Source of the DNA: Deltaproteobacteria bacterium
GTDB lineage: Bacteria; UBA10199; JADGCS01
Reading direction: 5' to 3'
DNA: 64,000 nt
NCBI GenBank assembly: GCA_015228875.1
Contig: JADGCS010000005.1
Location: 3,122-67,121 of the forward strand
Positions 38,815 to 48,680 of the stretch are shown piece after piece. The notes under the pieces were generated by a model that searched no databases, was not told the DNA's origin, and was given only the letters and a program-made list of their open reading frames with translations. A program made the position numbers and the translations under genes. The number at the start of each line of letters is the position of its first letter. Positions within the stretch are counted from its first letter, which is position 1.

Positions 38815-39987
38815 ATGACGAGCAAGGCTGAACCAATTTTATTTTATTCCGACGTATACGAGCCCACAAGCGGTGGCCTTGTCACCTCGTTGAGAAGAAT
38901 CATGAGAGGTTTAACCGCTGCAGGCCTCTTTGAAGTTCATCTCCTGACTTACAACCCTGATCCGGCAAAGGCTGAGGCTTCTGTGCCTAATCGAGACGGG
39001 ATATATGTTCATGGACATTGTCATGAACAAGGCGAGAGAGAACACGCCTACATGTATGTCATGTCAGCTGTAAAACGGCTTGCAGAGCTTCAGAATAAAT
39101 ACGGATACAGACTCCTGATTGCGTTTTACGCTCACATGCCGGCCATGATCGTGTCTACAGTAGCATCGTGTAGTCACATTCCCTTTATTGTCTGCGCAAG
39201 AGGTTCTGACATTAATGTCAAAATGTTGGACCCCCTTCACAGGACAATGATTCAGAAATATATCAGGGGTGCATATTCCATCATTGCTGTTTCGGAATCT
39301 CTTGCTCATAGCATAAGACGTTTTAATGTCTTGCCCGACAATGCAAGCATTGTGCGTGTAAACAACTCTGTGGATTCTGATGAATATAATATTGCTGTTG
39401 AGCGCAAGCAGGTATCAAACAACAGGTATGATTTTGCATTTATTGGGAACGCACGACCTCAAAAGAGATTTGATCTACTTGTCGAAGCCATGGCGCGTCT
39501 GAAGGCACAAGGCGTTACCCCTCGTGTGGCGGCAGTACTTCTACCTCATGTCCGATTTCCCCATTTGGCGGAGCAATGGAGGTCTATGGCTTTTGATAAG
39601 GGCATCGGCGATCAGATAGACTTTATCGGACCCATGGACAGGGCGGGCATTGTTGCATTATTTGGGGACGCGAAGAGTATTGTTGTTGCGTCTGATAAAG
39701 AGGGGTTTTCAAATGTAATACTTGAAGCCATGGCGTCGGGTTGTTATGTGGTTGCCCGAGAGACAGCAGTTGATCCCTTGATTGCCCCGCATGCTTATGT
39801 ATTCCAAGATCTTGACGCATTGGTAGAGGCCATGAAGACAATCATAAACATTAAAAGAACCTATTCGATAGAAAATGTTGAGTTCATAAGGGAAAATTTT
39901 TGTACCGAACGGGAGACCGAAGCGTATAAAGATATATTCTATCAAGCGATACGATCGAAAGGAGTTGGTTCTGGCCAAACGCAATAA
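38815..39987 (+). CDS. Glycosyltransferase family 4
   Basis: RGSDIN, FIGNARPQK, SDKEGFSNVILEAMASG. Confidence 0.9.
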   Translation: MTSKAEPILFYSDVYEPTSGGLVTSLRRIMRGLTAAGLFEVHLLTYNPDPAKAEASVPNRDGIYVHGHCHEQGEREHAYMYVMSAVKRLAELQNKYGYRLLIAFYAHMPAMIVSTVASCSHIPFIVCARGSDINVKMLDPLHRTMIQKYIRGAYSIIAVSESLAHSIRRFNVLPDNASIVRVNNSVDSDEYNIAVERKQVSNNRYDFAFIGNARPQKRFDLLVEAMARLKAQGVTPRVAAVLLPHVRFPHLAEQWRSMAFDKGIGDQIDFIGPMDRAGIVALFGDAKSIVVASDKEGFSNVILEAMASGCYVVARETAVDPLIAPHAYVFQDLDALVEAMKTIINIKRTYSIENVEFIRENFCTERETEAYKDIFYQAIRSKGVGSGQTQ

Positions 39988-40813
39988 AGAGATTGATGTT
40001 TTGATATCGGTCCATGTGGAAGAACACGCCAAGTTTTTTCGCGATCGTCACATTGGCCATACAAAGTTTTTCAGATTACTATTAGATACAAAAGCGAGGA
40101 TTCCGTTTACCCTGCTCATTGCCAGAGTCAAGGAGGATGAACGTTGTTTGGCGTGTGATAAGGAGATCTTGGAAGAAATATTGTCTACAACCAACATGGA
40201 GGTTGGACTGCATATTCATCCATCCCTTGCGGCATATCCTTATAAACGGCAAAAGAAGATTATTTTAAGGGAGTATAAGAGGTTTATCATGGAGACAGGC
40301 ATGACTCCCCGGACATTTTCGGGTGGCCATTGGTGTGTCAACAACGACACCCTCAAAATCATCAGAGAACTGGGGATTGCGGTTGATGCCTCGGTTGTGC
40401 CTGGTTGTGTAGTCACTGCCAATAATGGGGCAATTGTGAAGCACGGAGATTCAAAGCGAGAACCTTACTGGGTGTCGGAGAGCGATCTTTGGACCGCGTC
40501 TCCTAACGGGGTCTTGTTGGAAACCCCCGTCTCGATTGATGGTGAGGGCAGAATACTGGATCTGTGTTTGATGCCTTTATGGGATATAAGAAAACACCTG
40601 TGTGATCTGTCAAGATCAGACACGTGCAGGGCCTATTTGCACATGACATTTCACTCTTACGATGTATTTTCTGCGGGTAGCGAAAGAAATTTCATTTATG
40701 GAAAAATACTGCATGTTTGTGATCTTGTGTATTCTGAGTTTAAGAAAGTAAATTTTGTGACGTGTTTTGACTACTACAGTCACATGAAGGAGACTTATGA
40801 AGCTGGTCATTGA
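39965..40813 (+). CDS. Polysaccharide deacetylase-like (NodB-fold) protein
   Basis: SVHVEE, EVGLHIHP, FSGGHW, DASVVP, TFHSY. Confidence 0.7.
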   Translation: MVLAKRNKEIDVLISVHVEEHAKFFRDRHIGHTKFFRLLLDTKARIPFTLLIARVKEDERCLACDKEILEEILSTTNMEVGLHIHPSLAAYPYKRQKKIILREYKRFIMETGMTPRTFSGGHWCVNNDTLKIIRELGIAVDASVVPGCVVTANNGAIVKHGDSKREPYWVSESDLWTASPNGVLLETPVSIDGEGRILDLCLMPLWDIRKHLCDLSRSDTCRAYLHMTFHSYDVFSAGSERNFIYGKILHVCDLVYSEFKKVNFVTCFDYYSHMKETYEAGH

Positions 40814-41078
40814 GCTGAGCAGGCAGGAAGAACTGGTGTTGATGCGATACGTTACAAAAACGGTCGCAGGTGTAACCGAAAATGCCATAAAGAAATACTT
40901 TCGCTATATCAAGAACGACGATTTTATAAGGCTGTTGCGACGGGCACTGAAACTCAGCAGCGACTCTTATCTTCAACAGTTTATGCAATATTATGTTGAT
41001 CAGAGGGCACCTCATATTTTTAAGAAACTGCACAAGGACATCTTGAAGCAGACGGGAAAGAGACCAACCAAGCTATGA
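40797..41078 (+). CDS. 93-aa basic hypothetical protein
   Basis: Overlaps both neighbours (ATGA junction with the ABC gene); AAGGAG RBS. Confidence 0.65.
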   Translation: MKLVIELSRQEELVLMRYVTKTVAGVTENAIKKYFRYIKNDDFIRLLRRALKLSSDSYLQQFMQYYVDQRAPHIFKKLHKDILKQTGKRPTKL

Positions 41079-42784
41079 TAAGAGCTGTTCAGGGGACAAC
41101 ACGGTATTTTATCCAGATCATGCGATCCAAACAGATGGGGTTGGGGTATGCGGTTTTGGTAGGGTTGATTTCTGCCGGTATTGGTGTTCTCCTTCCCTGG
41201 TTTTCAAAGGTTTTTGTTGATGAGGTTCTCATTAACGAGAATAAGCAGTATCTCCTGCCTCTTCTTCTTTTCTGGCTTTTTTTTGAATGTGTAAGGTCAT
41301 TTGGTACCAGCATGCAGAAGGTCTACACGCAGAATGTGACGGGTGGACTGATCGTTGATTCAGGTGCCTTCATCTTGCGAAAGATACATAGATGTGCCAA
41401 ATTAATCTTTAAAGAATCTTCGCCGGGGAAATTCATCACCAATATCGATGATGTGGCAAACAGCGGGGCCACGCTGGTAGATATAATCAACGAAATGACT
41501 GAGATCGTTGTGTATCTCGCGGCCATCCCTTTTATTTTCCTTATTATTGACCTCACTCTTTCGCTTATCGTTGGGACAACAGTGGTCTCGTGTGTGCTTG
41601 TATCAACGCTACTGTCGCGAATTATTAAGAATCTCCACACAAGAAAGAGAAGAGCAGAATCTTTGTGTCTTGAATCAACGCTGGCTTCTATAGAAAAAAC
41701 ATTTTTTTTGAAAAGCTACAGGCTCGAAAAGAAGATGCTGGATGAGATACTTGTTCAGAGTTATCGAATCAGAGATCTTGGGTACTACAAGACACTTGCA
41801 GGGCAGACAAGCAGGGTTATCAATCGTCTCATATTTTCACTGGGCTGGTTTTTCTACAGGTTGATTTCTGCTTATCTTGTTTTTGATGGCGCAATGACGA
41901 TTGGAGATTACTTTGCCTATAATGTGGTGTTGTCACTCTTATTCAGTCCGATAGAATTGCTCACAGCCCTTGTGGGCCCCGCACAGGAAATGATAGTCAA
42001 TAGCAGAAGAACTCGTGAACTCTTAGAGTTTCCCGAACAATCTGATGGAGCGGAACATGTTCATGAAGCTGGTGATGTGGCTCTGGAGAATGTGATGTTT
42101 TCTTACGATAGGAAAAACATTCTCAACAATGTTTCTTTTGTTTTTAAGACAGGCATTTTGTATGGTTTGGTAGGGGTCAATGGTTCTGGAAAATCAACCC
42201 TATTGCAGCTGATAGCGCGGCATTACGACACAGATGGGGGGACAATCAGATTTGGTCGTTGGCCTGTCAGAGATTATAAAAGAGATGAGTATCATTCTCG
42301 AGTCAACTATCTGACAACAGAAGGTTTTGTTTTTCCTAGCGGGATAAGAAAAAACATTGTGCTTGATGGCGAGTTCAACGAGTCTCTGTATCATAAATTG
42401 ATCAAAGATCTTAAGATGGCAAACATCCTTCATCGGTTTTCAGACCAAGATGAATTATACTTTGGAGGGGTGAAGGTAGATCTGTCAAGCGGTGAAAGAC
42501 AAAAAATATCTCTTGCGAGAGCCTTGTACCGTGCGCAGGACATATACTTATATGATGAGGCGTTTTCATTCCTGGACGTGGCAACACGCACAAATATTAC
42601 GTCAATCATCAAGACATACCTCGGTCAAAAAATTCATATCATTGTTTCCCACGATGTAAGCATACTTGAGAAACTTGATTATCTACTGATTCTCGATGAG
42701 GGGCAGATAGTTGATCATGGCAGGACAAAAGATATTATTCAACACAGCAAGGCCTTCATAAAATATATTGAGGGTGTGGGCTGA
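41075..42784 (+). CDS. ABC exporter, fused TMD+NBD (no C39 peptidase domain)
   Basis: TM region; GVNGSGKST; LSSGERQK; YLYDEA. Confidence 0.92.
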   Translation: MIRAVQGTTRYFIQIMRSKQMGLGYAVLVGLISAGIGVLLPWFSKVFVDEVLINENKQYLLPLLLFWLFFECVRSFGTSMQKVYTQNVTGGLIVDSGAFILRKIHRCAKLIFKESSPGKFITNIDDVANSGATLVDIINEMTEIVVYLAAIPFIFLIIDLTLSLIVGTTVVSCVLVSTLLSRIIKNLHTRKRRAESLCLESTLASIEKTFFLKSYRLEKKMLDEILVQSYRIRDLGYYKTLAGQTSRVINRLIFSLGWFFYRLISAYLVFDGAMTIGDYFAYNVVLSLLFSPIELLTALVGPAQEMIVNSRRTRELLEFPEQSDGAEHVHEAGDVALENVMFSYDRKNILNNVSFVFKTGILYGLVGVNGSGKSTLLQLIARHYDTDGGTIRFGRWPVRDYKRDEYHSRVNYLTTEGFVFPSGIRKNIVLDGEFNESLYHKLIKDLKMANILHRFSDQDELYFGGVKVDLSSGERQKISLARALYRAQDIYLYDEAFSFLDVATRTNITSIIKTYLGQKIHIIVSHDVSILEKLDYLLILDEGQIVDHGRTKDIIQHSKAFIKYIEGVG

Positions 42785-42802
42785 GCATAAGGAAGCGTCT
42801 CC

Positions 42803-44473
42803 ATGTCATCAATCATTTATGGTTGTCTTTCGAGTCATGTTCTTGACCATGCCGATAGCATCAAGTCTCTTCGTGGCTATTTTACAGGGCGTGAACAATG
42901 TACATTCAAGGAGTATCGTGGCACTCATTATATTGCTGGATTGATTCAGCGAGATCGCAAAGAGAGGTATTGTTTCTCGCGGGAGGACAATATGATCTGT
43001 CTTGTGAGCGGCAGCGTTTACGGGTCTGATCATTTGAGCACAGGTTCGGATGCGGAGATTGTACTTGATGCGTATCGCAGGGCAGGTGTTTCACTGGCAG
43101 GCAGTATTGAGGGCCCTTTTGTTTCACTGATTTGTGACATTAACAAAAACCGGATGTGTATTATCAATGACGTATTTGGAGCGCAGCCATTTTATTATAC
43201 TCGTGTTAACGATGGGATAATATTTTGTTCTGAAGCAGAAGCTTTTATCGAATGTGGTCTCATTAAAGCAAAATTGAACTGTCAGGCATTGGCCGATCTT
43301 TTTGTAGCGGGGTTTGTCATTGGCGAGGACACTCTTTTTGATCAGATTTTTAAGCTGGATGGGGCATCGGTATTGTTGTATGATGGCGCGGGGGTTAACA
43401 AAAAATGCCTGACAAATTATTTTCCTGATGAGGCCACAGAAAAAAAACTTCATGAACGATATCATCATACGGACTTTCTCATTGCATCTTCCGTAAAACA
43501 AATACAAAGATATGTGTGCGGTGGCCGCGCAGTTTTTGCGTTGAGCGGAGGATTGGACTCCAGAATAATATTAAAGTATATCTTGGAGCAAAAATTTCTG
43601 CCGAAGATTGTTACTTATTCCAACCAATTGGAAGGCTTAAAGAATGATGTGGCATATGCAAGAATGCTGTCTCGTCACTTTCAATTCAGGTTAAACGTAA
43701 TACCGGAGAACCCGGGTTCCGTGACTTGCCTGCCATTCATGTTGCAGCGGGCAGAACTGAGAGGTTTTGCACGTATCAGCGGCCATTTGGGTGATATCAT
43801 AAAGGGCTCGCCCTACAGAATCTTGTGTCACAAAGAAGCAGATAAGGCTGATCAAGCTATGAAACGTATTTTTTCGCGGCGTTTTATAAAAAGGCTTGCC
43901 CGACATCCCTTTGAACGAGTGACTCAAGCTGTGAATAGTATTAATTCGTCAAGAGAGGAAAAGAGGATCAGCATTTTTTGCTTGCAGAATATATCCAGCT
44001 TTTTTAAGTTGCTATCACCAGGCCAGCATCGTTTTGGCAATTCTTTTTTTAAAAATCGTCACTACCCCTATCTTAACAAAAAACTGATTTCGTATCTGAT
44101 GAATATGCCTCTCAGAGCTTATATAAATCGCAGATTCATGCATGGTTTTGTCAACCATGCGATGCCTGATTTTGCTTCATTGCCAAGCACAACTGTTGAT
44201 CTTGAGTGTTCACCTCAGTACGGTCACCCTGAAAATTATGTCAGTTTTAGTGATCAACAGTTTTTCTCCTATCTTGAAACCTATCAACGTTTTTCCCCGC
44301 TCTGGGAGATGGATATTTTTAATGATCAATTTATAACGCAGAGAGAAAGGATGGGTGCCTGTCTCTTTAATGTCTGGCACGATCATTATTTTGGTTTTAA
44401 GAGTTCTGTAAGAAAGATGAAGAGAATTGAAAATAAATGGCTAAAGACCAGAGGTTTTTTGAAATCTATGTAA
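42803..44473 (+). CDS. Asparagine synthase-like protein lacking the N-terminal catalytic Cys
   Basis: DVFGAQPFYY, ALSGGLDSR; starts MSSIIYG rather than MCG. Confidence 0.85.
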   Translation: MSSIIYGCLSSHVLDHADSIKSLRGYFTGREQCTFKEYRGTHYIAGLIQRDRKERYCFSREDNMICLVSGSVYGSDHLSTGSDAEIVLDAYRRAGVSLAGSIEGPFVSLICDINKNRMCIINDVFGAQPFYYTRVNDGIIFCSEAEAFIECGLIKAKLNCQALADLFVAGFVIGEDTLFDQIFKLDGASVLLYDGAGVNKKCLTNYFPDEATEKKLHERYHHTDFLIASSVKQIQRYVCGGRAVFALSGGLDSRIILKYILEQKFLPKIVTYSNQLEGLKNDVAYARMLSRHFQFRLNVIPENPGSVTCLPFMLQRAELRGFARISGHLGDIIKGSPYRILCHKEADKADQAMKRIFSRRFIKRLARHPFERVTQAVNSINSSREEKRISIFCLQNISSFFKLLSPGQHRFGNSFFKNRHYPYLNKKLISYLMNMPLRAYINRRFMHGFVNHAMPDFASLPSTTVDLECSPQYGHPENYVSFSDQQFFSYLETYQRFSPLWEMDIFNDQFITQRERMGACLFNVWHDHYFGFKSSVRKMKRIENKWLKTRGFLKSM

Positions 44474-45386
44474 TCAATTCCGAATCATTACCGAGATGAT
44501 ATTTTTTGCAGAATTTGAAGTAAAACTTTTCCATGAATTCAAAATAAGGCGTCCTCAGAACATCTTGCAGTTCGTGATGTTTCAGATCGAAGAGTGCCAG
44601 TTGGCTAAGGTATAATTTTTCTATTTTGGGTTCTAGAGTGGTGTCTGAATAGCGCGGCTGATAACGACAGCAGAACTCCACTTGTCTATCGTGTGCAATA
44701 TAGAGTTCTTTACGGTGGACAAATTTGCAGGTATTGCATTTGTTGTTCAACGGATTGAACTCAAGCGGTTTGCTGAAACTGTTTTTGTAATTTCTTGATG
44801 TTTTGAAGATAATCTTGCAACCTAATGTTCTCGCAAGTGTTTTTGCGGTTTCAATTTCGTGTTCATTGGATTTAAAGACGATGAATTGCCATTCGGCCTT
44901 TCCCCCACCATCAATGAATGACGTCATGTGACTCATCACCGTATTGAGATCTGCGCCAACTCGGTATTTTGTGTAGTTTTCGGAACTTGTGCCATCGATT
45001 GAAAAACACACATGAACGCCCAACGTAGCGAGTTTATGCCACCACGCTGCATTGTGTGTTGTTCCATTTGTATCGATAGACAATTTTGCCGTGGTGTGCT
45101 CCCGAAACCACTGTATAATATTCAAAATGAGGGGGTGCAGTGTTGGTTCACCAAAAGTACCGCACAGGCTGACGTGTATCAGTTGACCTGCAATCTGTTT
45201 GATTCTTTTTGAGATGAGACACCAGTCCATGTCAACGGGCTTTTTCTTATCGAGATGCGGGAGATATTTCGTGCGTGAGCAAAACGGGCACTTTATGTTG
45301 CAGTTGTTGGTGAGATCAAGATGGAGCCTTTTGATATCCGCAGGTAGCATTAATGTGGCTTCTTTGTATAAATGAGGAGCCGACAA
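44466..45386 (-). CDS. Radical SAM protein
   Basis: LTNNCNIKCPFC, CGTFGEPTLHP, FSIDG. Confidence 0.88.
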   Translation of the reverse strand: MSAPHLYKEATLMLPADIKRLHLDLTNNCNIKCPFCSRTKYLPHLDKKKPVDMDWCLISKRIKQIAGQLIHVSLCGTFGEPTLHPLILNIIQWFREHTTAKLSIDTNGTTHNAAWWHKLATLGVHVCFSIDGTSSENYTKYRVGADLNTVMSHMTSFIDGGGKAEWQFIVFKSNEHEIETAKTLARTLGCKIIFKTSRNYKNSFSKPLEFNPLNNKCNTCKFVHRKELYIAHDRQVEFCCRYQPRYSDTTLEPKIEKLYLSQLALFDLKHHELQDVLRTPYFEFMEKFYFKFCKKYHLGNDSELIT

Positions 45387-45430
45387 TACTCAACTCAGGC
45401 TTGCAAAAAAAACTGCCTGTATTTTATCAT

Positions 45431-46216
45431 TCAATTACAAATCGCCGTTGTAGACTCGTCTTGAATAAAATCCTCGAGTGCGCTTAAATCATACGCCAAA
45501 CCGCTGTATCCGGCTGTCCCTGAAAAATTGTCGCTCGAATAGCTGGTGCTGAGTTCGTAAGAAAAACTAAAAGTCTGCTCGGATGCCGTGGCGCCTACGG
45601 AGACTGCGAGGGCAACACTATTAGACGAAGAGACTTCGGTTGTGTCGGTGAGGTCGTTGGTGTCAAAATTATTTGAACCGAGGATGTAATCGAGTGAGAT
45701 GGTGGTGGCGAGTTCTCCGGTGACTGTCGGGGTAATGGTGCAATTACCGTTTGAAGTCTGCATGAGGATAATATCTTGGCAGTTGTTGTACTGGATTGTA
45801 AACGAGCCGGTGAGGCTTCCTGATGTTTGGCTGGCATCCAGCACAAAAGTGGCTGAGCCAATGATGTTTTTTGTGCCGCCGGAATCGCAGTTGTTTGATT
45901 CAGCAAGGTCAACCGTGATGCTTATTTCGTTTTGATTAAAGTCATTGCTGAACTTTATGGTATCCATGAACGATGGATCATCATCGTCGCTGCCGGTGGC
46001 CTCTGCAAGATAATCTTCAATATCACCACGTATTGCATTTGCCTTGTTAAGCACATCGGTTGTGACCAGATTGGCGACAGGTCCGACATTGGTTGCCACT
46101 GTTGTTGTGGGGTCGGAGGCACTGGGATTGGTACCGTCATCCGGTGCAAGGGCGTTTGAGTCGCAGTTTAAAAGTCCCAGACACAGGCTGGCCAAAATTA
46201 GACATTTCATTTTCAT
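45431..46216 (-). CDS. Lipoprotein, hypothetical (Thr/Ser/Asp-rich)
   Basis: Short signal peptide with LLNC lipobox-like end. Confidence 0.7.
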   Translation of the reverse strand: MKMKCLILASLCLGLLNCDSNALAPDDGTNPSASDPTTTVATNVGPVANLVTTDVLNKANAIRGDIEDYLAEATGSDDDDPSFMDTIKFSNDFNQNEISITVDLAESNNCDSGGTKNIIGSATFVLDASQTSGSLTGSFTIQYNNCQDIILMQTSNGNCTITPTVTGELATTISLDYILGSNNFDTNDLTDTTEVSSSNSVALAVSVGATASEQTFSFSYELSTSYSSDNFSGTAGYSGLAYDLSALEDFIQDESTTAICN

Positions 46217-46292
46217 ATCGGGACAATAACCAACTCAAAAGGGTGGCGTCAATATGATAGATGAATAACAAAAAAAAAATATCCCGGGCCGT

Positions 46293-47801
46293 TTATGCCG
46301 CCAACCCATACAACGCCCCGTATCTCTCATTGAGGTATGTGAGCAGGGACCCAACCTGCGGGGGTTGTCCTGTCACCCTTTGGAGCAGTTCGTGCATGGA
46401 GTATTTTGCGCCGTGTCTGTAGATGTTTTCTGTAAGAAAATGGCGGAGCGGTGTAAAGTCCCCTTGGGCCATGGACTGCGGTATTGCGGGATTTTTTTTA
46501 AGGGCGGCATCAAAGAATTGTGTGCTGAGGATGTTGCCTAAAACATAGCTGTGAAACAGCATCAGCCCCGAGTCAAACCAGTGCGGGTCCTGCAGGACCC
46601 CCTCGGCATCTGTTGTGATATCGATACCGAGGTCCGCTTTCATGCGTTCGCGCCAGAGTTGCGGGAGGTCGTCTGTGGTGATGGAACCCTCCAGCAGACC
46701 CAGTTCGAAATCAAAACGCATGATCGCGTGCAGATTGTATGTGACCTCATCGGCCACAGCCCTCAAGGGTGACGGGACGACCCTGTTCATGGCCCTGACA
46801 ACGGCCTCTTTTGTGACGTGATCAAATTTTCCCGGAAACTGCGCTTGAAGACGCGGGAAAAAAAAGTCCCAGAAGGCAGGGTGTCTCGCCACAATGTTTT
46901 CCCAGAGCCTTGACTGACTCTCGTGGACGGCATCTGATGTGCCTCGTGCAAGGATGGTACCATTAAGGACCGGATCCAAGCCCTGCTCATACATCGCGTG
47001 TCCGGCCTCGTGTACGGCACTTGTAAAGGCCTCGCAAAAATCCTGCGGGACAATCCGCGTGGTGATCCTGACATCATGACTGCCAAAGTTGCTCATAAAG
47101 GGGTGCGCCGCAAGGTCAATGCGGCCGCGGCTGATATCGTACCCAAGCCGGGAAACCACTTCTGTTGCAAAGGCGAGTTCCGCGGATGGTTTAAATACCT
47201 GCCTGAAAAAGTCGTCGCTCGGCACGGGGCTTGCTTGTATTTTTTTTAGCAGAATCAACAGGCCGGTTCTTAAGGGACCAAAGAGGGCGCGAAGCTCGTT
47301 GACGGTCACACCATGATCGGTGAGGGCGAGCAGGGCGTCACCCGGGTGGGCCATTTCGGGAAAACAGGCGGCGTATTTTCGTGCCAGTGCGATGTTGCGA
47401 TCCAGTGCCGGTTTGGCGAGCGCGTAATTATTTTGTTCCCTCGCCTTGGCCCAGATGGCATGCCCCTCTGCAAAGGCCTGTGTTATTTGTCCGCAAAGTT
47501 CCGGTGGGACGCGCAGGGCCCGTTTTTGCTCCCTCACAGCATGGCGGACAAGCGCGTGTTCGAAAGAATCAGCGGGGAGTTCTGCAAGTTCTGGTTTAAG
47601 GCGTTCTATGATCCCGCTTGTCGTGGGGTCTCTCCACAGGCGGTTTTCGAGCTGCGCGATCTGGGCCAGCATTTGTGATCGGGCGGCATTTCCTGCTGGC
47701 GGCATCATGGTCATCTGGTCCCAGCACGCGAGGTTGGAAATCTGAGTCAGGGCACAGATTTCGCCTGTTCTTTGCTTGAGGGCATTTAAAGCAAGATTCA
47801 T
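46293..47801 (-). CDS. Carboxypeptidase Taq (M32 family)
   Basis: HPF, HEAGH (HEXXH), HESQSR, GVLQDPHW. Confidence 0.93.
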   Translation of the reverse strand: MNLALNALKQRTGEICALTQISNLACWDQMTMMPPAGNAARSQMLAQIAQLENRLWRDPTTSGIIERLKPELAELPADSFEHALVRHAVREQKRALRVPPELCGQITQAFAEGHAIWAKAREQNNYALAKPALDRNIALARKYAACFPEMAHPGDALLALTDHGVTVNELRALFGPLRTGLLILLKKIQASPVPSDDFFRQVFKPSAELAFATEVVSRLGYDISRGRIDLAAHPFMSNFGSHDVRITTRIVPQDFCEAFTSAVHEAGHAMYEQGLDPVLNGTILARGTSDAVHESQSRLWENIVARHPAFWDFFFPRLQAQFPGKFDHVTKEAVVRAMNRVVPSPLRAVADEVTYNLHAIMRFDFELGLLEGSITTDDLPQLWRERMKADLGIDITTDAEGVLQDPHWFDSGLMLFHSYVLGNILSTQFFDAALKKNPAIPQSMAQGDFTPLRHFLTENIYRHGAKYSMHELLQRVTGQPPQVGSLLTYLNERYGALYGLAA

Positions 47802-47944
47802 AAACCAAACAGTGAATGGCACCAGTTTTATTGTCAAGCGCACAGCCTGTTGAGGGGGCGACATTTTTATGAGAAAAAAATGACGGACATGGTATGTTGG
47901 TTGCGGATGGCTTTGATTGGCGTTTATTAAGGCAGTTTGTTTTT

Positions 47945-48649
47945 TTAAAGCCGCCCCAAAAACGAAAACAAATTAAACCGTGTAAAACTGAATCGTCTGG
48001 TTTGGTCGACGGGGACTTTGGTCACTGTTTTAAGAATCTGTTTTGCCAGTTCTTCTTTTTTTTGCCGTTGGAATTTTATTTTTTTCCCATCGCTTGAAAT
48101 GAGGGTGACTTCGTTAAGGTCGCTGCCAAAACCAACGTTTTTTTTGCTGATCTCGTTGAGTACAATCCAATCGAGATTTTTTTCTTTTAATTTCTGCCTT
48201 GCGTACGTGACACCCTGATGTGTCTCTGCCGCAAAGCCCACGAGTGTTTGACTGTTTTTTTTGATCTGGCCCAATTTTTTCAAGATGTCGGGGTTTTTAA
48301 TCAGGGTGAGGTTGAAACGGTCCCGCGTTTTTTTGATTTTTCTGCTTGAAAACTTACTGACCCTGTAATCCGCTACAGCAGCGACTTTAAAGCAGATGTC
48401 TGCGTGCGGGAAATGGCAGAGGACCTCTTTGAGCATGTCACGAGCAGTCTTTACGGGGACAAAAAGACAGCCGCCTGGTTTTTTAAGTTGAGTGGGGCCC
48501 GAAATCAGGATAACACGGTATCCGGCCCTGATACAGGCGCGGGCGAGGGCGTAGCCCATTTTTCCAGACGAATGATTGGTGATGTGCCTCATGGGGTCGA
48601 TGGGTTCGATGGTGGGGCCCGCTGTAATAAGAATGGTTTGTGTTTTCAT
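47945..48649 (-). CDS. coaB: Phosphopantothenate-cysteine ligase (stand-alone CoaB)
   Basis: ITAGPTIEPIDPMRHITNHSSGKMG, AAVADY, VGFAAET; start taken at MKTQ. Confidence 0.9.
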   Translation of the reverse strand: MKTQTILITAGPTIEPIDPMRHITNHSSGKMGYALARACIRAGYRVILISGPTQLKKPGGCLFVPVKTARDMLKEVLCHFPHADICFKVAAVADYRVSKFSSRKIKKTRDRFNLTLIKNPDILKKLGQIKKNSQTLVGFAAETHQGVTYARQKLKEKNLDWIVLNEISKKNVGFGSDLNEVTLISSDGKKIKFQRQKKEELAKQILKTVTKVPVDQTRRFSFTRFNLFSFLGRL

Positions 48650-48680
48650 GTAAAATGCTTTTTTTGTGACATTGCAGAAG

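Noticed and set aside
40797-44473. Lasso peptide cluster
   Set aside because: A Cys-less AsnB homolog and an ABC exporter are present, but no transglutaminase-like B2 protease, PqqD-like RRE or precursor with a lasso leader/core was recognised.
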